From assembly GCF_036321535.1 (NCBI RefSeq), contig NC_087437.1, positions 58,468,001-58,532,000 on the forward strand: a DNA stretch of 64,000 nucleotides, in the 5' to 3' direction. A model generated the notes under the pieces. It did not search any database. It worked only from the letters and a program-made list of their open reading frames with translations, and was not told the DNA's origin. Position numbers and translations under genes: made by a program. Shown piece by piece: positions 14,201 to 26,200 of this stretch (position 1 is its first letter; the number at the start of each line of letters is the position of its first letter). Source of the stretch: Camelus dromedarius (taxonomy: Eukaryota).

Positions 14201-17200
14201 GCAGAAACACATTCCAGATTCCAATCTTCTAAAAATAACCTATTCAGTGATTTTCGTTAGAAATGCCACTGCTTTCCCAGGGTTATTTTTGCCTCCTGCT
14301 AAATGTACTCAGGAGTAGAATGTTTGACGGCGTTCTCCCACAAAGCCCCTTCCCTGCCCAGGGACATGTGGTTGCCTGGTCTTTGCCTGGCAGAACAATG
14401 GGATCTGGAGCTAAAAGTCAAGAGAGGTTGAAACAATGCTGGGGAAAAGTGCCTACTTACTTGATAAGGTGCGGTACACACTCAATGTTTGGAGTTTTGG
14501 AAGTGAAAGGCGAGGCCACGGATGCCTCTTGCTCTGATAAAGAGATGCCCACATGAGCCATTTTCAAAGCCTGAAAGCAAAGAGTCAACTTACTGTGGAT
14601 GCGCACTCACGTACACACTCTCCTGAGGGCATGCAAGGAGAGGCCAGTTAAGCTGGCCACAAGGTGGCTTGTGGGCCAAGCACTAGCCAGGAGATGATTA
14701 AATTTGGTTCTGCCTGCCACATAAGAAAGAGCTGGCACTGGGTCACCTACTCAAAGACGTGGGGAATCCAAGAACCAAATTCTATTTCATTTAGTACTGA
14801 CGAATTAATCATTATGTAGCTTTGGTCAAAACCATCCCAAACCCTCTGCATCAGTTTCTCCACCAGGAGGAATGGAGATGATGTGTATCCCAGGGGACAT
14901 TATCTCTTAAAGGGCTCTGAGCAAGTACAACTAAGAGTGCGACGATGGCCCCACTCCCCGGCAGCTACTTACCCCACAGTCATTGGCTCCGTCACCACAC
15001 ATACCTACAAAGTAACTAAAAGGGAACCGTGTCAATTGTAGAGGAGATCAAAGCAATCTTGACTGCTAATTTCTCTAATTAAAAAGATAAAATGAGCTTC
15101 ATTACTTAGGGCTCAAACTTATTATCTATTTTAAGGGAGTTTTCCTAACAGTCTGGTTTGACTAAAAGTAAAGTATGACTCGGCAGTTCCTACTATGGAT
15201 TAAGGAATCCAACACACCGTTCCTGACCCCAGGGGTTTCAAGGCCACCTCACTGTCTAGAAAACAGCTCTGTCGGCTGTAAAACAGAATGTGGATGATTA
15301 CATGACAACACTGCAAGGCGAGGAGGGCACAGGAATTGAAACCAGAAGATCTAGACCTTTGATCTGATCACGTTACCATCTTGACTATCATTTTACTCAT
15401 TTTGCTATGAGTATTCGGTGAGGTGCTATATTCTAAAATGATAAACTAAAAATTAGTTGTTGGTGCTGTTAACAGTAACTGGAGAAGAAATCCACTGTGC
15501 CAGTCGTCACTCAACTCAAAAATGCAGTGCCAAGCCCAGGAGTTGAGAAAAGAAAATATATCCCCATTTCAGGATTGCTTTTTGAGGCTGTTCTTTTGAA
15601 TTATTGATGAACATTATCGACAGTCTGCTTTTAAAGGTAGGAGGACCCTGACAGCATTTGCAGAATTTGCTGTACTTCTCTTCCACGCTCCTATGTAAGG
15701 CAACGAGTTTACTGTGTAGGTTTTTAATCCTACTTGATAAAAGAGGACTTTTTAAATATAGAAGCTTGCCTAGTGACTGAATCAAGTGAGTTGGAGGGTA
15801 GACTGGGAGCAAATAGGAGTTGGAGTCATGTCGGTCTGGTCCAGCACCAGAAGTAAGGGATGCCCCCAGACTCTGTAGGGTTCCATTAACAGGAAATAAA
15901 GGATGTCAAATGATGGGAGTGCATCAATGGAGACCCTTTGTGTTAGGAGCATTCTTCTGATTTAGGATGGAGAGGATGCTTCGGCACAAGAACACTTTAG
16001 TATTTTTAGGGCTATGTGAGCCACTCGTCATATGGACCTCCCTGCATCATAACTGTGATGATACTTTGTAAAAATGAAGTCTAAATTTGCATTGCATCTT
16101 CAGGAGCTGAGTTCAAATTACCTTTCCAGAATTATTTCTTGTGCCCCTTATGTTCTAGCTCAGTAGTGTTCTTAGCTCTGGATGAAAGGAACTTTTAAAA
16201 AATACTGATGTCCAAGCCCCACATGAGCAATTGAAACAGAATCTCTGGATGGTGGTGTCCTGGTATTGCGATTTCTTTCAAAGCTCCCAAGGTGACTGTC
16301 ACATGCAGCCACGTTGAGAACCAGTGTCCTAACCAAACTGAGTGACTTCTTGGACCTCTTACACTCCCCTTAACTGTCATGCCTCCATGCACCTCACACC
16401 ACCTGAACTGGTAAAGAACCTACTCCAGCTTCTGAAATTCTTCCACCAGACTGGATTTCTGCCCAGGAGACATTCTGGCAAAGATGGTCCCGTTGATCAG
16501 TATCTGTAAAGAATGCAAGAGAGAAATGTTTTTATCATGTCAGCTGGTCATACATAAAATAACTGATAACAGTCACAACACTGACTGGGTAATGATATGC
16601 GTGAATGAGAAAAAATGTTTCCAGGAAGTCCTCCTTAGGATTTTAAGACTGACATTGAGACTTCGGTCATCAGATAAGTGACTGGGGAGACCGAATCAGT
16701 AAATAATAATAATCAGTTAGTTAATAAACAGAGTTGATGAAAATGACAACCTACAGGTATTTAGCTCAGCTGCCGTAGAGATTGTGGTCCTGAAAAATCC
16801 TGAGTTTAATGGCATCTTACACCAACAGAGTACGAGAAATTGCAAAATAACAAGAAGCCAGGATCCCAGGAGGGGGAAAGGAGCAACTGCTTCTCAGAAA
16901 ATTGTTCAGCTCTAGCAGAAAACCGGCCTAATGATGAGACAGTGACTGTCTGTGGTCTTTGACTTAACTGTACCATCTGGACTTGACCAGTTGTGAAACT
17001 CAGCTGCTATCCCAAATCTAACTTGGGCTATGAGACACTAATGGGCTGTCATATAAAAACCTACACCAGCTCCATCCACCTGAGCCCCATCCTACAGACT
17101 CTAAATTCTTCTATATTACAGCTGTGTGCTCCTTGCTTTTCTTGGCAGTGAATTCAGCTTAGTGTGAACTCAGCTTTAAAGTCTTCTTTATTTTTTCTTA

Positions 17201-20200
17201 ATCAGTACCTAAGATAATGAGCAATTAAATACAAATAAATAATCTTTAGTTTACATTGGACACAGACTTTCTCTAGTTTGTTCACATGTTCCATATCTAT
17301 AACTTACCTGCTCCCACTGTGGGTTTGTTCTTCATTAGAAAAGTTTTAAGTTTAAGACCTCTTCTATATAGAGGTCCTCTACCAAAAATTTCATGGAATT
17401 CTTCTATTCTTGGCCTGCTGTCCTGCATAATTGCTGAATTTTCACTATACTGTGAAACCTCTAACCATGGGAATACGGTGACAGCTGCCCCAGAGTAATC
17501 TGATCACTTGAGAAGTCACTAATACTTAAATCCTATAGACAATGGATACTTGGTTAATCAAGTTTACCCAGTTTAAATCTAGTAGCAAATGAGACAGCAG
17601 TGACCTCGGCAAACATATCTGCCTCTCTTACGATACATTCAGTAGGTATATCTAACTTATTTAGAGATTTGAAATTACTTAGGATCATGCTCTGAAGGTG
17701 ACATTGTTAGCATCTTTACTGGGAGATTGGTACCCTCTTAGAACTTACCTTTGGCAGTAGGCTGCTGAAATGTTGACTTATAACCTGAAAGGATTTTCCA
17801 CTTAGGGCAAAATGGTAACTTCCTTCTCTGCTATTATCAGAGATGTCTTCCCTGATGTTAATGTAATTGTCCTGCTGAGCAAGACACAGTTATTTCAGAC
17901 TTGGTATAGTGGTTAGGACCACAGGCACACCTGAGAGAAGGCAACTATGGCAGTCTAGGTTCTCTCTTTAAAAGTCACACTCCAGCCCTGATTCCTCAGA
18001 GAAGCATTTTCTCTTTGCTGGATCAACCTTTGCACATCAACAGCCTCTAGTGACCAGGAGAATAACACTCATGTCCTGTCCTCATCCTGATTTGATCTCG
18101 GTGAGTCCCTGAGAAAAGCACATTTCACACATTTCAAGTGTAAAATACAAACGCTTTGCAGCTTAACAAATATCTCTCTGAAATGAAAACTTGTTTTTTT
18201 TTTCTTACAGAATTAATATTGTCCCACAAGGACACACAACAGAGACAGGATACTAACAAGACTAGAGACAAATGAATAAACTTTTTTTTTTTTCCACCCT
18301 GAAGACAGAGTCTGATTTTCCAGTGCACACAGCAATGTCTCTCCTAGGGACTGAGTCCTCTTTGAACTCAATGGGATGGCTGGCAAATAAGAAAACAATG
18401 AAAAGTTAGACTTGCAGCCATGCTCACTATATTCTTTCTAAAGACTTTTTTTAAGTTTAAAAGAATAAATTATTTCTAGCAGCCAGGAAAGCACCATAAC
18501 TTAAAGCTCAGTAGAAACGGTATGGGAAACTGATATAATTGAGTTCTATGAACTGCATACATGTTAGACATTTGGAGAAGTATGTTGACCCTAGGTCACC
18601 TGTACACCTCTGCCAGTCAAAGCTGCTCCGTAGTCAACACTGGGTGACAAGTTAGATACCACGGCAGAAGGTCTGTTTTCAGGTGTACCTGATTCCTGTA
18701 TGCCATGTGCTTCTTCTCTTCTACTAATTTCCAAGATACAGATGCTGATGAGGACCCAGGAGTTTCATTTGCTTCAATGAGAATGACTTTCTGGTTTTCA
18801 GAAACCATCCCAGACTTTCTGGCCACTGTTATTGCAGTCTGAAGATTGTCACCTAGAAAAAAAGAGAGTATCCCAAGATGAGGTTGACGAGCTAGAACCA
18901 ATTCATGTAGAGCCTGGAAAACTAGGGTCAGGAGTTTAGGCCTTATTTTGGGTGTGAGGAGAAAGAATCTCTAAGGTCTTTCTCAGCCCTAATCTTCCAT
19001 GATTTCATGATCCTTTTTCTTATTTTTGCTGCTTTTCATCTGGTTACCTCATGACCTACAGTATATTTTTGCCAGAGAGTGGGAAGTAAAATTAAAAAGG
19101 CAAAATTCAAATCTGTTTCTATCATTTGTTAACAGCTTGGTAAATGTTTAGCAAAACCTCACTGGTTTAATCTCATATCTCGTGGTTCCACTTCTAGCTA
19201 AAAGGGAGTAAACCCACTAGAATCTATTTCTCCCACTGATCACAGTGGAAAACTCTGAGGAAAAAATACAAACAAACAAACAAACCATAAATAAATAAAA
19301 CTCCAAAACCTACCCAAGGACTTTGAAAAGTAAATATAAATGGCAGTATATGGAAGGGAATCAAATTTGGAGAAATAACCTATAAGATCAAGAGATTCTC
19401 AGCTCTTTTTCCTCTTTCCTCTCACATAATTTGGCCTAAATGTAAGCCCCAGTTCCAGAGCTCTGCAGATAGCTAAAACTCCAAGAAAAATCTAGTCTTT
19501 CTGGCCAGAGGAACCAGGAAAGGGGCACTGGAGGGCGGAAGAGTTATGAGGGAAATCCTGGAAAGAAGAGAGCTAGACAAGAAGGCTAATTCAGTGTATG
19601 AACTATGTAAGTTCTGATCTCAATCCAGAGCTGTGCATGGGCAGAACAAACCCAAAGAAGGATAGCAAAAGCTTCAAGAATTGAACTATGATATTAATCA
19701 CTTCCCATGCCCCAGTTTTACTTGCTAAAATATCTACTTTAGAACTGAATAATATAATAGCTGAAATTTTAAAAATTCATTGGATGAACTCAATAGCACA
19801 AAGGATATGACAGGAGAGTCAGTGAACCTGAAGATAGATCAATAGAAATTATACAATCTGAGGAACAGAGAAACAATCTTAAAAACAGAAGAATCAAGAC
19901 TGAAGAATAGCAAAAGAATTCATATTCATGTCATTAGAGTCCAAGAAGGAGAGGGGAAAGAGACTGAAACAGGACAAAAAATTTTTTGGAGAAATAATAG
20001 CACAAAACTTCCCAAATACGGTAAAAGATTTAAATTTACAGATTCAAGAAGCTCATTGAATCCCAATCAAGATAAACTCAATGAAAACCACACCTATACA
20101 CATAATCAAGTTGCTAAAAACCAAAGATAAAGAAAAAGCAGAGAAAAACAATATATTACATATAACTAAGGTAATTTGTTGCCAGAAGATATACTCAAAA

Positions 20201-23200
20201 AGAAATGCTTGAAGTTCTTTGGGCTAAAAGGAAATGATATCAGAGTGAAACTTGCAATATAAGGAATGAAAACAGTAACAAAAATAATAAAGATCTGGAT
20301 AAACATAAAAGTCGATTTTTTCTGCTCTTACATTCTTTAACTCTTGACTGTTGAAATTAAAAACTCTAACATTGTCTGGTGGGGTCTCACTGTATGTCAT
20401 ACACAGGACATCTATAATGTAAAGGGGAGAAAGTCAGGGACATTTATGATTATACAGCTATGTGAAAGGGTTGGTAAAGATGTTGTGATTCCTAGAGCAA
20501 CCACTGAAAAAATAAATAATATAGTAACAGGCATGGCTTCTCCTAGATTTCTACCATAATACTTTGAAGATCCTTAAAAGAGCTAACTGGTGGGAAGAGG
20601 ATGCTCCAGCCTGAGATCAGAAGAGGACAGGGAGCCTTGAGATGGAGAGGTTTCTTCCACAAATCTCAGCAGGGTAACAACAGCCCGTCCGCTTTGCCAC
20701 AAAGCCTGTGAGAGGCATCTTGTTTAGGATGTGCAGCCCAGGCCTGAGCCTTAATCATCTGGCAAAAAAAAAATACAACAACCTACTTAAGAAGTCCCGG
20801 AAGCTAGGGAAGGAAAGATCAGGCAGAACAACCAGAACACGTCACTAGGGAAGTAGGATCGCTGCTGGAGACCGATGAAAGCTGCATTAAAAATAATGAG
20901 AGTTTTTTAGATCCACTCCTACCCCAAAACACAATTTAAGAACATCACAATTCAAAAGGTGATTTGAAGGAGATAATCGTCATTTTTGATACTGGAGTTT
21001 GCGGTTCGGAAAAATTGAGTGCAAGAAAAAAAATCTTAGAACACAAAGCAAAACTATAAAAATATGAGAGCTACATAAGATCGGCTACAAGGATGTACTG
21101 TACAACACCAGGATATAGCCAATATTCTGTAATAACTGTAAATGGAGTGTAACCTTTAAAAATTGTATAAAAATTAAAAAAAAATGAATGTTACAGGAGA
21201 AAAGATAAGAGACTGAGAGGATAGATGCAGAATAACAGAAATTCCAGAAGGGAAAAAAGAAAGAGAGAAAACAAAAGGCATTAGTTAAATGAACAAGGGA
21301 ACAAATTTTCCTGAGAGGAAGAAGACAGATTTAAAGTGCTCACCATGCTTGAGACTAAATTAATGGAAAAAGATAAATATACAGGCACATCCTGGTAACA
21401 TCTCTAAACTCCAAAGTTAAAGAAAAAAGATTATATATAAAAATAACAAGTTACCTACAGTGAACTGGCATCGGACCTGTATATGCAATACCCCAAACCA
21501 GAAGACGAAAGACTAATACCTACAGACCATTAATAAAAAAGGACTAGAACCTAAACATTCTATACCCAGGCAAGCTATCACTCACCTGTCAGAGCAGAGA
21601 AAGATATCCCAGGATATATAAGAAATCAGAGAGCATATCATCCTTCTATCCCATCCAAGGACAGTTCTTCAGAAAAATTACAACCAAGCAAGGAAAGAAA
21701 CAAAGCAGAAATTTCAATGTGAAGGAAGAGGTGAAGAGGGCGGTGGAGAGTGATGAGTTCTTATTTCTACGTAAATCTAAATGGTTAAGGATAGATTCTG
21801 AGAATGTGTAAAATAAGTGCTAAATCAAGATTTTTAAATGGGAGGGCCATACGTAAGGGGAATTCTAATAAGTGGTAAATTAATTCAGCAACACCTAGAA
21901 ATTGGATCAAGGGGCTAGAAAGGGAGACGGTAAAAGTGATCCAAAAGTTTCTTGGATTGTGCGGGGCTTTTTAGGGGGTGGAGATGTACCAAAGGGGAGG
22001 TGAACATATTCTAGCGCTCCCAACACAGAACTGGGTTCAAAGGAAGCAGAGTGGGGAGAAAGTGCCTTGGTGGGGAAAGATTGTATCCTGGTGCTACAAC
22101 GAACCAAGTCGAATGCATCTGAATTATGAGAGCAGAGGAGGAGAAGGGAACACATGCTCAAAAAACATGACTGCATTAGGAAATCATTTACTCTTCACTC
22201 AAGAGCTTTCATTAAGAAATTTCACAAATTTGTATTCTATATCTATGACTCTGCTTCTGTTTTGTATTTGGCAGGGGGTGGGAAGGGACAGAATGGGATT
22301 TCAAAATTATGTAGAATATGTAGACTAGATAAACAAGATTATACGGTATAGCACAGGGAAATATATACAAGATCTTGTGGTAGCTCACAGTGAAAAAAAA
22401 TGTGACAATGAATATATGTATGTTCATGTATCACTGAAAAATTGTGCTCCACACTGGAATTTGACACATTGTAAAATGAGTATCACTCAATAAAAAAAAT
22501 GTTAAATAAAACAAAAAATAAAATAAAAGTTCATGACAGAAAAAAAAAAAAAAGAAATTTCACTACTTTCTCTTGTGTGATCCTTGCTCACCGCTCCCTT
22601 GTTTGCAGTTTGGGGTTTGGGAGTAAGACTAGAGGGGACAGCATTTTTTAATCTCCAGAACTGTAGATCTCATTGATGGGCCTTCAGTGTAATTTACAGA
22701 CCATGCTGACCGAGCATTCTTCTTCTAACATTTAACAATAAAAATCAACATCTTAGCTGGGAGGGTAGAGCTCAGTGGTAGAACGTATGCTTAGCATGCC
22801 GAGGTCCTGGGTTCAATCCCCAGAACCTCCATTAAAAGAAAAAATTAATAATAATAAATAAATAAACCTAATTACCTTCATCCTCCCACTATCCCTCCCC
22901 CCCCAAAAAGAATAAAACCAACATGTTTGCCCAGCTCATGTTTTCTTATTCAGGTGTTAGCTCAAATGTTCCCTCTCAGAAAGGACATCTCATCTAAAGT
23001 AGCTGGTCAGACACACTTTACCACATCACTCTGTTTTGTTTTATGTATCTCATAATATTATTGCCAGCTGTTTATTTGATTGATTGATTGACTGATTTTC
23101 TATCTCAACCCATGTGAATGAAACTCAGTGAGAGCAGTAACTTTGCCTTTTTTGTTGCCCATCTCCTGTATCTAGAATAGTATTTGGTCCATAGTAAGGA

Positions 23201-26200
23201 GTCAACAATATTTGCTGAATGAGTGCATTTCTGTCTATTTCCCCATCAATTTTTTCCTGCTTTCACACACACTCGTTCTATACCTGTGATCATGACGGTC
23301 CTTATCCGGGCAGAGATGAGCTCTTCCAGGACAGGTTTTGTTTCTTCCTTTAATCGATTCTCCAAGATCAACAGTCCTAAAAATATCAGATCTGATTCTA
23401 CCTGGTCCCTAGAAGTATATGGATGATTGAACAGAAATCACACATTAATAGTTCTTCTTATAGGAAGCAAAACAAAGACCAAGATAGCTCTCTCTCTGTC
23501 AGAGTGGTCCCCACTCAGTCATTCAAGCACCATTCCTGAGGCACTGAATATGTGCAGGAACCATCCAGAAAGAAGACAGGAGAGGGCACAAAGGATACAA
23601 AGACGTTTGCTCTGACTGAATCGAGAGGAAGAGAGAATACTTATTAAACAAAACATTTGCTTTAACTTTTATAGACAATGAACTTAAATGACCACGAAGG
23701 TGCTTTCCATACGCTGTAGTGATTTTCATCACCTCACCTTTAGCAACCACCAGAGAGGTGTTCTAGCTCTGGTACAAAACATCATGAAAAATAAAAGAAA
23801 ATACCAGTTTCTCTAGAAACCAAAGCTATCATCAATACTGTTTTAGTCCAGGAGGTATGAGGCTATAATCTCAAAAGAAAAGAAAAGGAAAGAAAAGAAA
23901 AGGAAAGAAAAGAAAAGAAAAGAAAAGAAAGGAAAAGAAAGAAAAGAAAAGAAAAAAAGAAAAGGAAAGAAAAGAAAAGAAAAGGAAAGAAAGGAAAAAA
24001 GAGAGTCCTTCTAAGATCAAGCTTCTCTCTCTCTCAGTTGGTAGCACTGCTCTTTTACATAAAGTGTGCATGTTTCTGCAAACAAATAATTCTCTTATGC
24101 TCCTGTCCACCACAAGAACATTTCCAAGATATTCTGCAGGACCAGTAGCAGGGGAGTACTTCTGGGTTGGGAGTTCAAAGATTCTTCCATGATTCATTTA
24201 TCTGAGACCCAGAAACTTCTAGCAGACACAAGAGCAAGACACCAGCACTGCCTAATTCTGGACAAAATGCAGAGGAAAGCAGTACCCAGAAAAGCCAACC
24301 TGCCTTTCTTGGCATGTGTGTCTCAATGCTGGTCCTCACATCAGCCAGGAGCCTGGTGGAGAGTTAGGGACGCTCCCCAGGTCACTGCTAAAACCTCCCC
24401 CAGAGTGGCAGGAAGTGTACACAGATTGAATTGCTCACCTCAGAGCTGACTCAGAAGGATAGCATCTCCTGTCCTTCTGAACCTGGCATTTAAGTCTCTC
24501 CATAATCTGATTCCAAATGATCTTTCCAGCTTCATCTGTCACTAAATTCTTCATCTACTACAACCCCTAGCCAAGTTAGACCACTTACCATGGGTTTGCC
24601 TGCACACAGCTATCTCTAAACATTTGCTCTAAACTGCCATAAGACATTTCTTCTTATTCCATGGGAAAGGTCGTAAGTTTCCCAGGATCTTCCATTGAAA
24701 TCCTTCCTATATCTTGAGGCCCAACTCACATGCACCTCCTCATAAAGACTTCCCCAGAGAGAAATACTTGCTCCCTCAGCGCATTACTTCTACCTCAGTT
24801 TATCTTGTATATTATTTGTCCACATATTATCATTTTTTGCTGTCTGATCTGTCTCTGTCTCAGCTCCTTAAGGGCCAGTTTGCCTGGTTCAATGACAAGT
24901 TCAACAACACCCACATGGTGCCAACACAGAGGAGGTACTCGGCAAATATCTGTCTTTTGAGGTGCTCTGCTGCCTGGTGTGACCTTTTTTTTTTTTTTTT
25001 TTTTTTTTGCCAAACTACCTAGGGAAATTCATTTCCTCTTTCAGAAATTCTACTGCCAGAGGTTCCTCATGGGAACTGAAGTCAGCCAGTCTGTTAAATC
25101 AATGACCATTTACTGAAAACCTAAGTAAGTGCAAGGAACAGGGCTTGGGAAGTGGGGAAGAGAATAGGCAAGGACTATAGTAACTCCTGACTCCAGAGAT
25201 TTCACATGCAATGGGGATGGCAAGATGACGCATGACCACCTTGGCTATATAGAAGGCTGGGAGGAGTATCGTGATCATGTACACACAAGAGTCCTACAGA
25301 GTCGGAGAGGAAGGTGTAATCATTTTTAGGTGGAGTAATTGGAGAAGCCTTCCTGGAGGAGGTGGTATTTGAGCTGGTCTTTAAAGGATATCCTAGCTGA
25401 TGCCTGATGAAGGTCCTCCAGTCTTTCTGGTGGCCCTCATACACAGGCCTCAGGTTTTAGACATTTTTGGAGATAAGAATGGTGCAACCTCAAGGCACCA
25501 GATCAGGCCAAGAAAATGGCTCCAGAGTCAAGCATCTGACAATGTGTGCAGCCCCTTTTGACACTCGTATTTCTGTTCCTCGGGCACAAAGCTGTCATAG
25601 GGTTGAACACACTGTAATTAGGAGATCAGCATTCTAATCCCAGCTCTGCAACTACCTTGCAGTGTGACCATGAGTAAATCACTTTCTTTATCTGGTAATC
25701 TCTTTCTTGTTTTGTAAAAGAAAGTGGTGAAACTAACGAATCTGCAAAGTCTGTTCTAGCTCTAACATTACATGGTTCTTCTTTTCATGAGTATTATAAT
25801 ATCAGCGCTGGAAGCACTTTGAGTAAACAGACACACACACACACACACACACGTCAGAAAGAATGTTCTGCTCTAATCAGGGATTAACAAAGTTTAGGTA
25901 AATTAACTTAGCTAGGAGTAGGTGTGTTGGTACTGTGGCTTTAACACAGGAGGGGCAGATTGATGACCTAAGATCAGATCCTGCTAGTCAACTTGTGTAC
26001 AAAACTTACCAGATTTTGAAAAGTTGGAATTTCAATGCTGTGGGCCAGGGCATGTCTCTTCTGTGTGCCACAGCCCTCACCATGCCCCATTGCTCATGGG
26101 CCTCCATGTGCTCATAGGCTTTGTTACATATGCCAGCCCCAAAGTCATAGGTTTGAAACTTACAGATATGGAAATATTTTACTATAATAATTAGAAGCAG

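Noticed and set aside
14999..15008. Internal donor TAG|GTATGT inside exon 22
   Set aside because: It would leave an 11-nt exon, and the sequence is explained by conserved VGM codons.
23871..24197. Phe/Ser-rich 108-aa ORF, or a CRISPR-like array in the purine repeat
   Set aside because: It is the translation of a simple (GAAAA)n microsatellite with no repeat-spacer structure, in a eukaryotic context.
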